This document shows, piece after piece, positions 52,060-64,000 of a stretch of 64,000 nt of DNA (position 1 is its first letter; every line of letters starts with the position of its first letter). Below the pieces are notes generated by a model. It was not told the DNA's origin. It did no database searches and saw only the letters and a list, made by a program, of their open reading frames with translations. The DNA comes from Carcharhinus longimanus (taxonomy: Eukaryota), in the NCBI GenBank assembly GCA_030264375.1, contig JASCQW010000098.1, forward strand, positions 34,596,301 through 34,660,300, given 5' to 3'. Made by a program: the position numbers and the translations under genes.

Positions 52060-52720
52060 GAGACCAGGGAGTGAGGGGAGAGGCAGGGCAGAAGGGAAAG
52101 AACAGCCCCACATTTTGCTGTTGAATCCCTCCGCGTTCTCGTCTAGGTCTGAGGTCCTTATGCCAGCAAACTAGGAAGAGGAGACCTCACTCCGTAACCC
52201 GTTCAACTTGGGAAGTGGTGACCACAGAGATCAGCAGATGGACATCATGCCTCGAACCTGGAGGCAAGGCAACATAAGGCTGAATGATCTCTTGGGATCA
52301 ATGAGAGGAGGCCCTCATTTGTGTATTAATGTATCAGAGAGCCACAGGGAAGACTTGGAAAAGCTGTGGGAAGACAGCTGCTTCTGAAGATGAAGAAGAG
52401 CCCTTAGAGGGTATATCATCTCATCCTATCCCTGCACTGAGCACCATTGAAGATACTAGTACCTTGGCGGTGATTAGCACATCAGGACAAGAGAGACACA
52501 TTGGTGAGGACACTTCACAATCACATGTGCAGCTGCTGGAGAATGTGGTGGAGTAGGCTTTGGGCAGTCAGAGGAGAGTTTGATACAGGGACTGATTTTG
52601 AGCTGGATGGTGTGCCTCTGGAATCCATTATGCACCCGTTGCTGGACATCCAGCATGAGGTGCATGGAGATTTGACAGAGGGGCTGCATGTTCCGGTCTG
52701 TTTATCCCTGCACTGCGATC
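52060..52720 (+). mobile_element. Decayed Harbinger Myb/SANT-like ORF remnant
   Basis: Frameshifted APHFAVESLRVLV...WEVVTTEIS...RTWRQGNIRLNDL, resembling the APRFS...W..VA..VS...RT..QCRKRFNDL Myb/SANT pattern. Confidence 0.6.
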
Positions 52721-53692
52721 CCCCACTTCGAAGCATCAAACTTCCTCTGTGGACAGACTGTCCTGGAATGCAAAACTTATGATTTTCAGGCCTTGATAAA
52801 GGGGGAAAAAGGGCAGAGGCAGGTGCGGATTTTTGAGCAATTGCAATGCTAACCTTTAGGTAAAACTGTTACCTTCTACTTCACTGGTTACAAGAGAATT
52901 GGAAAAAATGGGAAATTTAGTGTGATTACCATGGACACTGTCGCAGCAACAGTAGTAACCGATGTGGAAACACAGAACATCTGCAGATCACAGAAAATGC
53001 TAAATAAAGCAAAACCCAAAGAAGCCCTTATAATTTTTGAGCCTGTTATTTCAATACAATCACTGGGGGAAGTTTCAATGGATAGTAAGTGAATTATTTC
53101 AATAGGAATTCAAGCCAAATACTGGGGCATGTATAGCACTGCCTGTGATTGTAAAGGGAAATGGAGTCATTAACATTTATGCCATAGGTTTATTCCCAGC
53201 TTCAACAGGTGACATGAACAACAACAGGCAATTTTTATCCATACGGCCATCATGCAGTTGATGGATGACCTCTTCAAATGGAGAGAGCGATTTATTACCT
53301 TCCAAATGAAAGCTGTTGATCAGGATGAGAGAGTTTCGGTTTTATCCGCATCACCAGATTTCCCCAGGTGCAAGGTCTGCTCACATGCTGCTCTGTGTTT
53401 TCTCCTGAAGGACTAGACATGTTTCAAAACAGGAAAGGATTCTGTTCCTCCAATATTAAACAGGTCTGTGACCAACGGCAGTGAATAATGTAGCTCTGTG
53501 ACTGGTTTCCTGGCAATAGTCATGATACTGGGCCACATCATGAAATGCTAATCCTCAGTGCACCCCATCTTCCGTTTAGGCCAGTGGGTATTAGTCCAGC
53601 TTCTTGGAGACAAGGTCTATTCTCATTAACCCATGATTCCTGGAAGGTGTCTGGATACAGATGCTGGGCACTGATACAATGAGAGACACATA

Positions 53693-55090
53693 GGGCCCGA
53701 TTTTACCATCACGTTGTGCCTGTTTTCGGGTGCAAAAACTTGGTAAAGTTGGGGGTGGGGCAAGTAGCGCGATCTGTACCTGCCTCTGCTCTGGTTCCCC
53801 CTTTACCAAGGCCCGAAAATGGCTGTAGGCAGGACAGCACCCAAAACGGGCGCAACGGCCATTTAAATGCATTTAAGTTCACCATTCTGGAATCAGCACA
53901 AAACAGACATGCTCCATAAAAGTCTGATTTGGGCATTCCATCAATGAGGGTTAGTGAGGAGGTAAGTGTATAGCATCTGACAGCTCTCTGCTGCTCACGG
54001 GTGTCCTTTTGTTGCGGCCATTTTCTGTCTCAGGTTGGTGGCAGCTCTGCAATTGGTTGGGGGGTTGTGGGGGGCTATTGCTCGGCAGGGTCTCCACTGT
54101 CCAATTTGCAGCATGGACCCAGGTCTCAGCACTGACGTTGGGTCTTGTGGTGCTGNNNNNNNNNNNNNNNNNNNNNNNNNNNNNNNNNNNNNNNNNNNNN
54201 NNNNNNNNNNNNNNNNNNNNAACAAACACATGTAGAGATGCCAGCGTTGGACTGGGGTAAACACAGTAAGAAGAGGCTGAGCCACACTCTGCAATCCCTC
54301 AGCCATGGTGTTCTGATACTGGGCTGCACTTTGCAAACCTTCTGACATGACCCTCTGTGATTGGGCCACATTCTTAAGGGCTGCTGACATAGCCCGCTGT
54401 GTCTCGATGCTCTTGGACATCTCAGCCATGGGTCGCAGAATCTCAAAAAGCCTCAGTGCTTCAGATGTGGCCTGCTGTGACTCGGCCATTGTTTGGAGAC
54501 TGACACTCATGGTGAGGATCCCCTGCCCCAGGCTTCCCACTGCAGACATCTCCCTTGCAGTGTTGGCCTGGGAAGTGTGCAAGATAGGCAGTAGCTGGTA
54601 CACTTGAAAGCTTTGGAATTCCTCCCAACAGCCTAGCTGTTGGTCCAGTGTGGCCGTTAGCCCCTCTTGCATTCCCTGGCTCTGTTGCTGCGTCTCCAGC
54701 AGATGAGGGAGAAGTGTTTTCAGAGGACCAGCATGGAGCCTGGGGGCCAGCTGAGTCCTCGCCTCCAGCAGGCTCCCACATGCCAGAGACCTCCTCCTCC
54801 ACATTATCAGTTAAGTTGTGCTCACCAGAGAGTGACCCAGGAGCCTCACCACTAACTGGACCCATCGATGTGTCAGTATCTGGGATGGTGAGTTGTGAGG
54901 TGGAAGCTGATGGCAAAACTGTGTCACGTTGGATGTCCCTTCACCCATAAACTCCGAGAATCATCCAAGCTGTCTGGACCAGGATGGGCAGGAGCTGCAA
55001 TATGGGCCTGGAGTCCAGAAGGCCCCAGGGCATCTGGATCTATCCCTGCAACACAGGACACAAGGATAAGTTCAAGGGAGGGAGAGAAAT
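53693..55090 (-). mobile_element. Harbinger-like element fragment with a coiled-coil ORF
   Basis: Begins gggcccgattttacc (TIR family); ORF 53995-54804 has 14-aa repeats and resembles 52380-52690; 44-bp Penelope tail at 54229-54272. Confidence 0.55.
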
Positions 55091-55149
55091 GCCTTACACG
55101 TGATACACATTTCTCCATTGAACATAAAATAAAGCACCAAAAAAATTAT

Positions 55150-55405
55150 ATCACAGGAACAGGCCCTTCAGCCCTCCAAGCCTACAGCAACGAGGCTGTC
55201 CATCTGATTTGTTACTCTCTTCCCCTTCAGGGGAACATATGCCTTTATTCCTATCCCAGTCACATCGCTGTAGAGATGTCCCTTAAAGGTCACTTTTGTA
55301 TCTGCATTTGTGAACTCCCCCTGGCAGCGAGCTCCAGGCACCCACTGCCCTCTCTGCCAATAAACATGCTTGTACACCTCCTTTAAGCCTTGTCCGTCCC
55401 ACCCG
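55150..55405 (-). mobile_element. CR1 3' end
   Basis: caggaacaggcccttcagccc tail hairpin region and ggcagcgagctccaggcaccc. Confidence 0.7.
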
Positions 55406-56059
55406 AAACTTGTGCCCTTGACAAGTTGCCTCAAAGTGAGTGGACGAATGACAGGTGCTCATGTCATGAGGGCAGCCCGACTAAGCTGTTGCTGACAGCC
55501 TGCATCTCCCCTTCTCTTGACAGGACTGGTCCCTGCTCCTCAAAATGGGTGAGGACCTGGAAGTTTGGCTCACCACCCCCTGCCTTTGCCTTTCCATCTC
55601 AGCACGACATATGGAGCAACCTTCCTGAGTAGGATTTACCAGCAAATGTCATTTGGATCAAAAAATGGGAAACACAAAAAGTCACTATCAAATCCCTTGT
55701 GCCAAACCCGATCTGTTGAATGATAGATTTTGAACCACCATGGTGATACTGGTCCTTGCTAAACAGGTTCAGGATGGACCAGGGCCCCTATGCAGCAACT
55801 GGAACTTCAATTTAAACCTCTAATTCACTGATAGAAAGACACAAACAACACTGAACGTGACTGAAGAGTGTCTTCTCTCCAACTTTATGGAGGTCTACTC
55901 ACCTTGAACTCAACAAATGAGGAGGCTATTGTATGGCTTTGGGGATTTGCATTCATTAAATAAAAAATAAGCTTCACGCTCAACCTGCATTAAGCTGCAA
56001 TTGCCACATGTCTACCCATTTCACCAGGTTATATATGTCCTCCTGATTTGTATGTATGA

Positions 56060-56580
56060 ATATAAAAATTAGGAGTAGGATTAGGCCATTCAGCCCTCCT
56101 GGCCTGCTGCGCCATTCCATAAGATGATGGATGATCTGACTGCGGCTTTAACTCCACATTCTCTGATACTTCCATTGTTCTTTGACTCCCTTGTTAGTGA
56201 CAAATCTATCTATATTCAAAGAGCCTCCACTGTTCTCTGGAGAAGGGAGTTTCAAAGGGCTTTGACAAAGAATCATCTGGACTCGAAATGTCGACTGTTT
56301 TCTCTCCTTACACTTGCTGAGATTTTCTAGCATTTTCTCTTTTGGTTTTAGATTCCAGCATCCCTCATAATTTGCTTTTATTAAGGGAGTTTCAAAGACT
56401 CACTGCCCTCTGAAAGAGAACATTTCTCCTCATTGCTTTCTTAAATGGGAGAGCCCTTATTTCTAAACTGTGTCCCATAGTTCTAGTCTCTCCCATAATG
56501 GAAAACAGCACCCACCCTGTCACATCCCCTCAGGATCTTATGTATTTCAATAAGATCACCTTTCATTTTTCCAAACTCTA
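56060..56580 (-). mobile_element. Old CR1 3' fragment
   Basis: taggagtaggattaggccattcagccc tail; ctagtctctccc (TRG motif, antisense). Confidence 0.75.
56258..56382 (+). mobile_element. 125-bp Penelope-derived short element with a 15-bp TSD
   Basis: aagggagtttcaaag at 56243-56257 and 56383-56397; related copies at 16803, 40330, 56665, 57290 and 61780. Confidence 0.75.
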
Positions 56581-57429
56581 TCTGTCAGTTAATATCCTGT
56601 TGACTATTTACTAAGTTGCTGCAAATTTCAAAGTTGTAGTCCCAATACCCAAGTCCAGGCCATGTAAAATAAAAGCAGAAAATGCTGGAAACTTTTAGTA
56701 GGTCCGGCTGTATCTGTGGAGCTGAGTTTGTTGCCGGACCAGGAAAATTAATTCAGGAAATTAGACTGCCCAGGAGCTTTATTCACCCTGGCAGTTTCAG
56801 GAAGGCATTAGTAGCTGCTTCGGGACTGCAGAAGGAAAAGAAAATCAAGGCCCGTGTATCCATGGATAAGTAGACTTGAGGCCTTGGGTTTGGAGGACTT
56901 TGGTAGCTTAGCGAGAGGTGCAAAGAGGTGAGGGTTGGGTTTGAAGGAGGGAGCGGATGGGAAGACAGGTGGAGTTGACCTAAGGAGATTGCTGGAGGGG
57001 TCGGGGTGGGGGAATGTGGAGATTGGCAAAGGACAATCCCTGAGGACCGAACTGCCTTTTTCCTTAAATTAAAAATCATTCTTTCTGCCCCCCACCCTGC
57101 TGCCGACAATTGGCTTGATAACAAACCTAATTATTAATTATTAATTTAAATCTGCAGACTGCTGATTTTAGCACATGCCCTCCCTACACATGATGAAGAT
57201 CAGGGGTGGGCAGGAAGGTAGTGGGATAGATGCCCACCCTATTTTACAAGCCCCTCCCTCGCCCCAGAGCCCTACCCTCCAGAAACTCTTGCTGGGGTTA
57301 GCTTCGTTTTTCTGTCTCTCAGATGCTGCAGATTTTGCTATCGCTTTCCAGTATTTTCTGTTTTTATTTTACACAAAGAGTGACGTTAACTGGTACTTTG
57401 GAAGAATTTACAATTGAGAATTATGTGTC

Positions 57430-58098
57430 ATAAGGCCTATCTTCAAATAAAGTAGAGAAGATACCAGGATCGCATGAGGAACATTCAAGGGTACTGAAGG
57501 AAGTGAGAGTGGAAATAGAGGCAGTCATCACAATCTTCCAGAATTCCAGAGAAACAGAGATGGTGCCAGAGGACTGGGGGATTATGAATGTTACACCCTT
57601 ATTCAAAAAGGAATGCAAACATAAACCAACAAACGCAAATCAGTTTATTTGACTTCAGTGGTAGGGAGCATCTTACCCAGACCCTTCCCCTGCCCTATCC
57701 CAGTGACTACCATACATTTATCTCACTAATCCCCCTAACCTTCACATCTTGGGATGCTAATGGGCAACTTAGCATGGTTAACCAACCTGACCTGCACATC
57801 ATCGGACTGTGGGATGAAACAAGAGCATACGGAGGAAACCCCCGCAGACATGGGAAGAACATGTAAACTCCATACTGACAGTCACCCAAGGTTGGAATCG
57901 AACCCAGGTCCCTGGCGTTTGAGGCAGCAATGCTAACTAATGTGCACTGTGGGGCCTGGTATGGTGCTGAAGAATTTTTTAAGGAAGTAACAGAGAAGGT
58001 TAATAAGGACAACATTGTTGACGTCATGTATATGGATTTTAATAAAACATCTGATAAAATGCTACACAACGGAGCTATGAGCAAAAAGTTCAAGTTCA
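57430..58098 (+). mobile_element. CR1 ORF2 fragments interrupted by an HE1 SINE (57672-57955, minus strand)
   Basis: RVLKEV, PEDWGIMNVTPLFKK, EFFKEVTEKVNKDNIVDVMYMDFNK. Confidence 0.85.
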
Positions 58099-58845
58099 TG
58101 TGACAGGAAAACAGGTGGTTTAAAGTGATAAATATTTATATTGATAAATATTATAAATAAGGTGGGGGTTTAAGTGAGTTTAAGTTAACCTTAAGTCAAA
58201 GGAACAATGGAAACAGGAACTAGAATGGCATACTGTTCAGTAAAGACAGACAGCTGAAAGTGAATTGGCTAGTTAGAAGGCAGAAAGATATGTAAAGTGG
58301 TTCTAGGGACTACGATATCTTAGTACAGTGTGAGATATTAATTGAAATAATTATGGAACAATCAGTGGCTAGTTCTTGGAGTTTATGTGAACGCATTCAT
58401 GACAAAGGAATGCTAAAAGGAGAGTTGGAAAGACTGGAGGTGGATCTTTATCAAAACAGTGGAGAGGAAACTCCGAAAAGATTGTTGGAAAACCTGCAGG
58501 TAGATATTTGTTTAAAACAGCTGTTGGAAAGCATTGTTTGAAAGAAGATTTTAAAGTTTTTTTTTGCACGTGAAGTTTGGAAACCCATGTGACAATCATC
58601 TGGAAGGAAATTGAGGATAAATTCATAGAAGATCGATTGAGTGATACTGAAAATTTAGTTCCAGAGAGGAGTGTTATCCTTGAAATCTTGTAAAGATAAG
58701 AGGGAGTAAAGGAGTATTGTATAATAATCATTTATTTATCTTTATTAAATGTTTTCCCTTGTTGTTAACAAACTAATTCATAGTTCTGTGACTCTGTTCT
58801 TCCACATTTTCTTAAAAAAGTGTGAAGGAATTTTGTTCTTGACAA
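58099..58845. mobile_element. Possible solo LTR
   Basis: Starts tgtgaca and ends tgaca between CR1 fragments; no TSD seen. Confidence 0.3.
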
Positions 58846-59284
58846 TATGTTTCCATTATTAATATTAAATTGATAGTTTATTTTTTGCCCTATTTTTGAA
58901 CAAGAATGTAATACTTCTAACCCTTCAGTCCTCTGGGATCACTCCTATTTCCAAGGAAGAGTGAAAGATTGTGGTCAAAGCTTTTGTTATACCCACTCTA
59001 GCTTCCCTCAACAAGCCAGGATGCAGCCTACCTGGAGTGGGTGATTTGTTAGGAAAACATGCTAAGAGACATTAACAAATCTGTTCTTTCCATAAGGATG
59101 GATGTAGAAAAGTCAAGTTAACATGTAGAGAAAGAGAAACAGCAGGGTCAGAATAGAAGGAAACAGATGAGCAGGTCACTGCATTAGGCCATGATGAGTG
59201 AAAACAGCCAGAGACACAGTCAGATAGGCTTATCTGCACTAGTAAAATCAGACTGGAAATCTAGCATTGTGAATCTAGCATCAT

Positions 59285-59608
59285 GGATGGCCTAGTGGCA
59301 CAATGCTTAGCACTGCTGCCTCACAGTGCCAGGGTCCTGGGTTCAATTCCAGCCTTGGGTGACTGTCTGTGTGGACTTTGCACATTCTCCCTGTGTCTGC
59401 ATGGGTTTCTTCCAGGTGCTCTGGTTTCCTCCCAGAGTCCAAAGATGTGAGGGATAGGTTAATTTCCATGCTAAATTGCCCTTCAGTGCCAGGGAGATTA
59501 GCATGGTAAATATGTGGGGTTACAGGGGTAAGGACTGTGTGGAATGATTGTCCGCGCAGGCTCAATGGGCTAAATGGCCTCCGTCTGCACTGTGGGGATT
59601 CTATGATG
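59285..59608 (+). mobile_element. HE1-like V-SINE, full length
   Basis: gtggcacaatgcttagcactgctgcctcacag head; tail gattctatg. Confidence 0.9.
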
Positions 59609-60529
59609 ATGAACTTCACAGATAAAATGCACCATAAGGGCGACTCCGTAAAATCAATCCTCGTTATTCTTTTGAGGAACCTTTAATCTCCTGTCTAGAC
59701 TCCATAATTCAGTGATGAAGAAGAAGTAACAGTTTTAACTTTGTTTCTACCTTAAGACTTCCTGGAATGAAAAACTTTCATTCCCCCCACTTCAATTAGA
59801 AAAGCCTAAGTTGTTTTTGGTATTACAAGTGGAGAAATAAGTTATATCTGTGGGAATAAAGTTGAAGGAGTTCAAACAAAGACAACTGGAACCAGCTGGA
59901 GTTAATAATTAGGAGGCAGCCCAGGTCAGAACTTTAAATGTCAATCAATAAAAGTAATTAGTCTATTAAGTTATAATGGATGACGGCTGGCATTGTACCA
60001 GGAAATTGAGGACAGACAAGATACCTGAAGGACAAGCAATGGGTCAAGCCTTTCATTTGCCCTTCCAGTCTCAATTGCGTAACACAGTACAAGCATAATC
60101 CATTATGACCTCTTTGTCACAGTGAGACATTAAATTCGTTGATAAGCCTGAGAAACTGGGTTACAAAAGTTCTAGGCATTGCTGGTAAGAAAATGAAAAG
60201 CAGAGAGAATGATGATTGAGTAATGCTATATATTTCATGTGAATTGACTTGTTCTGTATTCTCGTGCACTTCTTGACTTTAAGATAAGGCTAATTTAAAT
60301 AGGATACAATTTGTGAATTTCTGAAGCATTTCTCAGTGCCCCTGTAGAAGTCCTTTCACCACTTCCCATTCTATTATTTGGGGTTTCCAAAACATCACAT
60401 ATGTGAGACAGTAATTTGCTGACACTTCCCTCAGTATAGAATGCTGTGTTAGCTGCGTATGTTCCTCCACATTCCAGACATGAGGAACACGAAATTCAAA
60501 AGGGGCAATATTGATTTGGCTGCTTTTCT

Positions 60530-60850
60530 GGGGAAACTCAGAAATCCGGATGACCGAGGGGGAGACTCAGAAATCCGGAGGACCGAGTGAGAAACTCAGA
60601 AATCCGGAGGACCGAGTGGGAAACTCAGAAATCCGGAGGACCGAGTGGGAAACTCAGAAATCCGGAGGACCGAGGGGGAAACTCAGAAATCCGGAGGACC
60701 AAGTGGGAAACTCAGAAATCCGGAGGACCGAGGGGGAGACTCAGAAATCCGGAGGACCGAGGGGGAGACTCAGAAATCCGGAGGACTGAGGGGGAGACTC
60801 AGAAATCCGGAGGGCATAGGGAGGAAATCCAGAAATCCCAAGGACATGGA
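60530..60850. repeat. 29-bp minisatellite, 10 copies plus 1 degenerate
   Basis: actcagaaatccgga recurs at 60536, 60565, 60594 and so on to 60797, with exact 29-bp spacing. Confidence 0.97.
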
Positions 60851-60869
60851 GGCCATCTGAACTTTACAG

Positions 60870-61272
60870 CAGGGCTTTGCAGCTGTTCATATTTACATTA
60901 TTCTGTGGCCTGGCCCCTTTCTATCCTTCTATTCTCTTCCAGCTCCTCCAAGATGCATGCATTCCTCAAATTCTGGCCTCTTGAGCTTTCCTGTTCTTAA
61001 TTGGTTAACAAACAGTGGCTGTGACTTTAGCTAGCTAAGCTCAAAGGCCTGGAATTGTTCCCCTACACCTGTCTGCCCCTCTATCTCCCTCTCCTCCCTA
61101 AAGGGACGCCTTACAATTTATAACCTTTGACCAAGCTTTTGGTCATCTGCCATAATATCTCCTTATGTGGTTTTATGTAATATTTTTTCTTATAATGCCT
61201 TTCTGAAGAACTCTGGGGGCATTTCTTTTATTTTAAAGGCACTATATAAATACAAGTTGCTGTAGTTGTTGT
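60870..61272 (+). mobile_element. L2-clade LINE 3' end
   Basis: Decayed WN.LP...LF.QAF region and tail aaaggcactatataaatacaagttgctgt, shared with the DeuSINE tails. Confidence 0.7.
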
Positions 61273-61466
61273 CACAGTGCCCAGTAATAAGGGAAGTTTG
61301 GGGGGGTGTGGTTAGTAAGGGTGGATGGGAATTGGGAGTGAGGGAGAAGTCAGAGCTTGGCAGTTGGGAGAGAATGGGGGGAGCTGGAAAACAATGAAGG
61401 TGAGCACAGTGAAATAAACAATAATGAAGCCTGTGGGAGAGAACAATACTTCAAGGTAGGCATTCG

Positions 61467-61748
61467 TAGAATCACCATAGAATCCCAACTGTACAGAAGT
61501 GGCCATTTGGCCCATTGAGTCTGCATCGACTCTCTGGCAGCATATGTTGCCCAGGCCCTCTCTCCCTGTCCTATCCCTATACGTTTACCATGGCTAATTC
61601 ACCTAATTTACGTATCTTGAGACACTCAGGGGCAACTTAGCACGGTCAATCCACCTAACCTGTGCACCTGTGGGAGAAAACTGAAAAACCAGTCACGAGG
61701 AGAATGTGCAGACTCCACAAAGCGCCACCAAATGCCACCATGCCACCA
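61467..61748 (-). mobile_element. HE1-like V-SINE with internal deletions
   Basis: catagaatcccaactgtacagaag tail; ggagaatgtgcagactccaca core. Confidence 0.8.
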
Positions 61749-63548
61749 TTCCTGGAAGAGATGTGGCAAAGTAAATAATAAAACAAAAGCAAAATATTGA
61801 AGATGACAGAAATTTGAAATAAAATAGAAAAACTCAGCACGTCTGGCAGCATCTGTGGAAAGAGAAACAGAGTTAATGTTTTGAGTCCATAAGATTCATC
61901 TTAAAAGTATTATTTTTCCTGTTTATTGTATAATGATAATATACAGCCATCAGTTCACTTCTGCATTGAAATTTCAGTTAGTCCCTGCATATATTTTTCC
62001 TTTAACTCTCTTTAATTTCAAAAGCCTGATGGTAAAGCAAAAGGGATATACCCCCATCTGTGCAGGTAATCAATCCTGCCCAGCATTACCCTTGTATGTC
62101 ATTCTGACTGTCTCCAAACACATCCTTTTTATAGTATAAAGATCACACCTGTGGCAATGACTGATGCAATTCCTGCTGTTGATTGGAACTTTTAATCTTA
62201 TACCACTCCTAGATCCTGGGTTCATGAATAGTCCATTAACAGGGAAAGGTGGGAGGGAGGGAGCAGCATTCTGGATAGATCGACATCGTAACGTTGGTGA
62301 ATGAGTTTTACCTTCTGAAAATGTTTGTGAGATTAGCATTTCCGCAGGATGGGAGTGGTGGTGGCAGCTGCAGATAAGTTGAAACAATGGCCATTATTTT
62401 GTACGTTCGACACAACTTCACTGCCAGGATTCAGTGGCTAAGACAGTCACTTAAATCTGGACCATACCATAGTGTGGTCTGACTGGACCAGCCATTTCTT
62501 GGTTAAGCCTTACTTGTGACCAACTTTAGCTTTATTTATGAAGTTAATTCATTTTGCCTTTGTCACAATTTGAATAATTTAATTTCAACTCCCAGCTCAT
62601 AGTCCCTTTGGTCCCTGGGATATGAAACTTGGCCAATTTTGACAATTATCACTTTACAAATCACCTTCACAGTACAGTCACTTGACCCTTTAATAATGTC
62701 TCACTAAGTTAAATGTATTCTTGCCAAAGGACGACATAATGCAATTGACTAAAATTTATTGCAGGCCAGCCAGGTTTCCCAGGAAACCTGGGCAACTAAC
62801 TGACAATGGGATCTGCAGAATTGAGCACTTCCACTCTGCAAAAGTTAGAAAAAGTAAAATGTGGGCATTTTCTGTTTTTAGCGGCCTTCAGAGGTCCCTT
62901 TAAGGGCAATTTGCACGGTTGGAAATTTCAGATATTTAACTGGATAATTTATAGGACCACTTGAAAATAGCATAAGGGTTTTTTTTTGGGTGTCCATGGG
63001 CTGACTGATCTACCACTCTGCTCTGTTATCAACACTGGTTACTTGTTCTCTAGATGATATAACGCAAGGCCAAAGTTGCAAAATACTGCTGTACCACCCC
63101 CTCCGTTATTGCGAATATGTTTACTGNNNNNNNNNNTCAAGCATTTTTCGAAGCCCGCGATGTGCATTGACAGATGTTTTTAAAATATGCCTGTTTCAAG
63201 GGTACATGCTGGGGACACCCATAGCAGTGCACTGGAATGGTGATGCATCAGCCTTGCCATTCACTGAAGTGGCAAAAAACCAAGTTGACATCAAAAAGCA
63301 GTAAAGAACAACAATTAATCTTTTAAAGGTTTTCAGAAGACATTGCTGACAGCAGACAATAGAATATCAATACTTTGTACTACATATTTATTTAGACTGA
63401 ATTTTTAAAATAAATTCACTGACGTATATACAGTTGCCTCTCCCCATCTTGACCAGTGACTTGCTTCTCTTGCCATTTATGACCATGTCCCGCTATGACA
63501 GCCACCTATTGTTACACTTGAGGATTTCTGTCCCTGGGGGGGTGGGGG

Positions 63549-63549
<1 letters not shown>

Positions 63550-63588
<39 letters not shown>
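63550..63588. repeat. (GT)19 microsatellite
   Basis: Direct read. Confidence 0.98.
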
Positions 63589-63591
<3 letters not shown>

Positions 63592-64000
63592 CAAAGTACT
63601 GGTACGTAATAGACACCGTGATTTGACTTGATAATTTTCCTTTGGTTTTTGTTCAATAATTATGCTTGTGCTCCTGTTATTTTAATTGATTTTGACTCAA
63701 ATTGATAGCTTAGAAGATTCGAGACTGCTGTAATTCATTTGGACCATGTATGAACTTCACTGCAGCACCAATTATCTACCTTTACTTCATGTCCTTTGAT
63801 AAACAAACCAAAGGAGATCTTATTTATCTAAACCAGAGAGAGAGAGGTGTGCGTGTTCCTTCATGGAAAACAACTAATTATACATGTTATCGGTAATGTG
63901 TGAGGCAACTGGATTATCATCAAAACCCGACCAGTTCAGTAATGCCCTGAAGGAAAGCAAATCTTCTGCCCTGTATGAGAGTCCAGGTCCACAGTAATGT

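Noticed and set aside
60511-61000. CRISPR-like array or repeat-protein ORFs
   Set aside because: Units are contiguous with no unique spacers, the context is eukaryotic, and the ORFs arise only because the 29-mer lacks stops.
62070-62387. 105-aa minus-strand ORF as a first exon
   Set aside because: No recognisable homology and no good splice donor.

Overview
Eukaryotic, repeat-dense, probably intronic or intergenic DNA from a cartilaginous fish (shark), judged from HE1-type V-SINEs, HER1-like CR1 LINEs and SacSINE1-like DeuSINEs. The scaffold has many N gaps. No intact cellular gene is recognisable, and nearly all protein-like ORFs are decayed transposon sequence: CR1, L2-like and Rex1/Babar LINEs, two Gypsy LTR relics, a Penelope element with inverted pLTRs and a TSD, PIF/Harbinger remnants and MITEs. 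The most notable observations are: (1) a CR1 3' end at 37748-38016 carrying about 30 A>G changes against about 2 G>A changes, which looks like an ADAR-hyper-edited RNA written back into the genome; (2) a 5S rRNA copy followed 4 nt later by a full-length tRNA-Phe copy; (3) an intact minimal hammerhead-ribozyme motif in a Penelope LTR and a 125-bp element with a 15-bp TSD; (4) a local inverted-plus-direct duplication; (5) a 29-bp minisatellite; (6) a candidate 27-nt microexon. All alignments were done by eye, so boundaries and counts are approximate.
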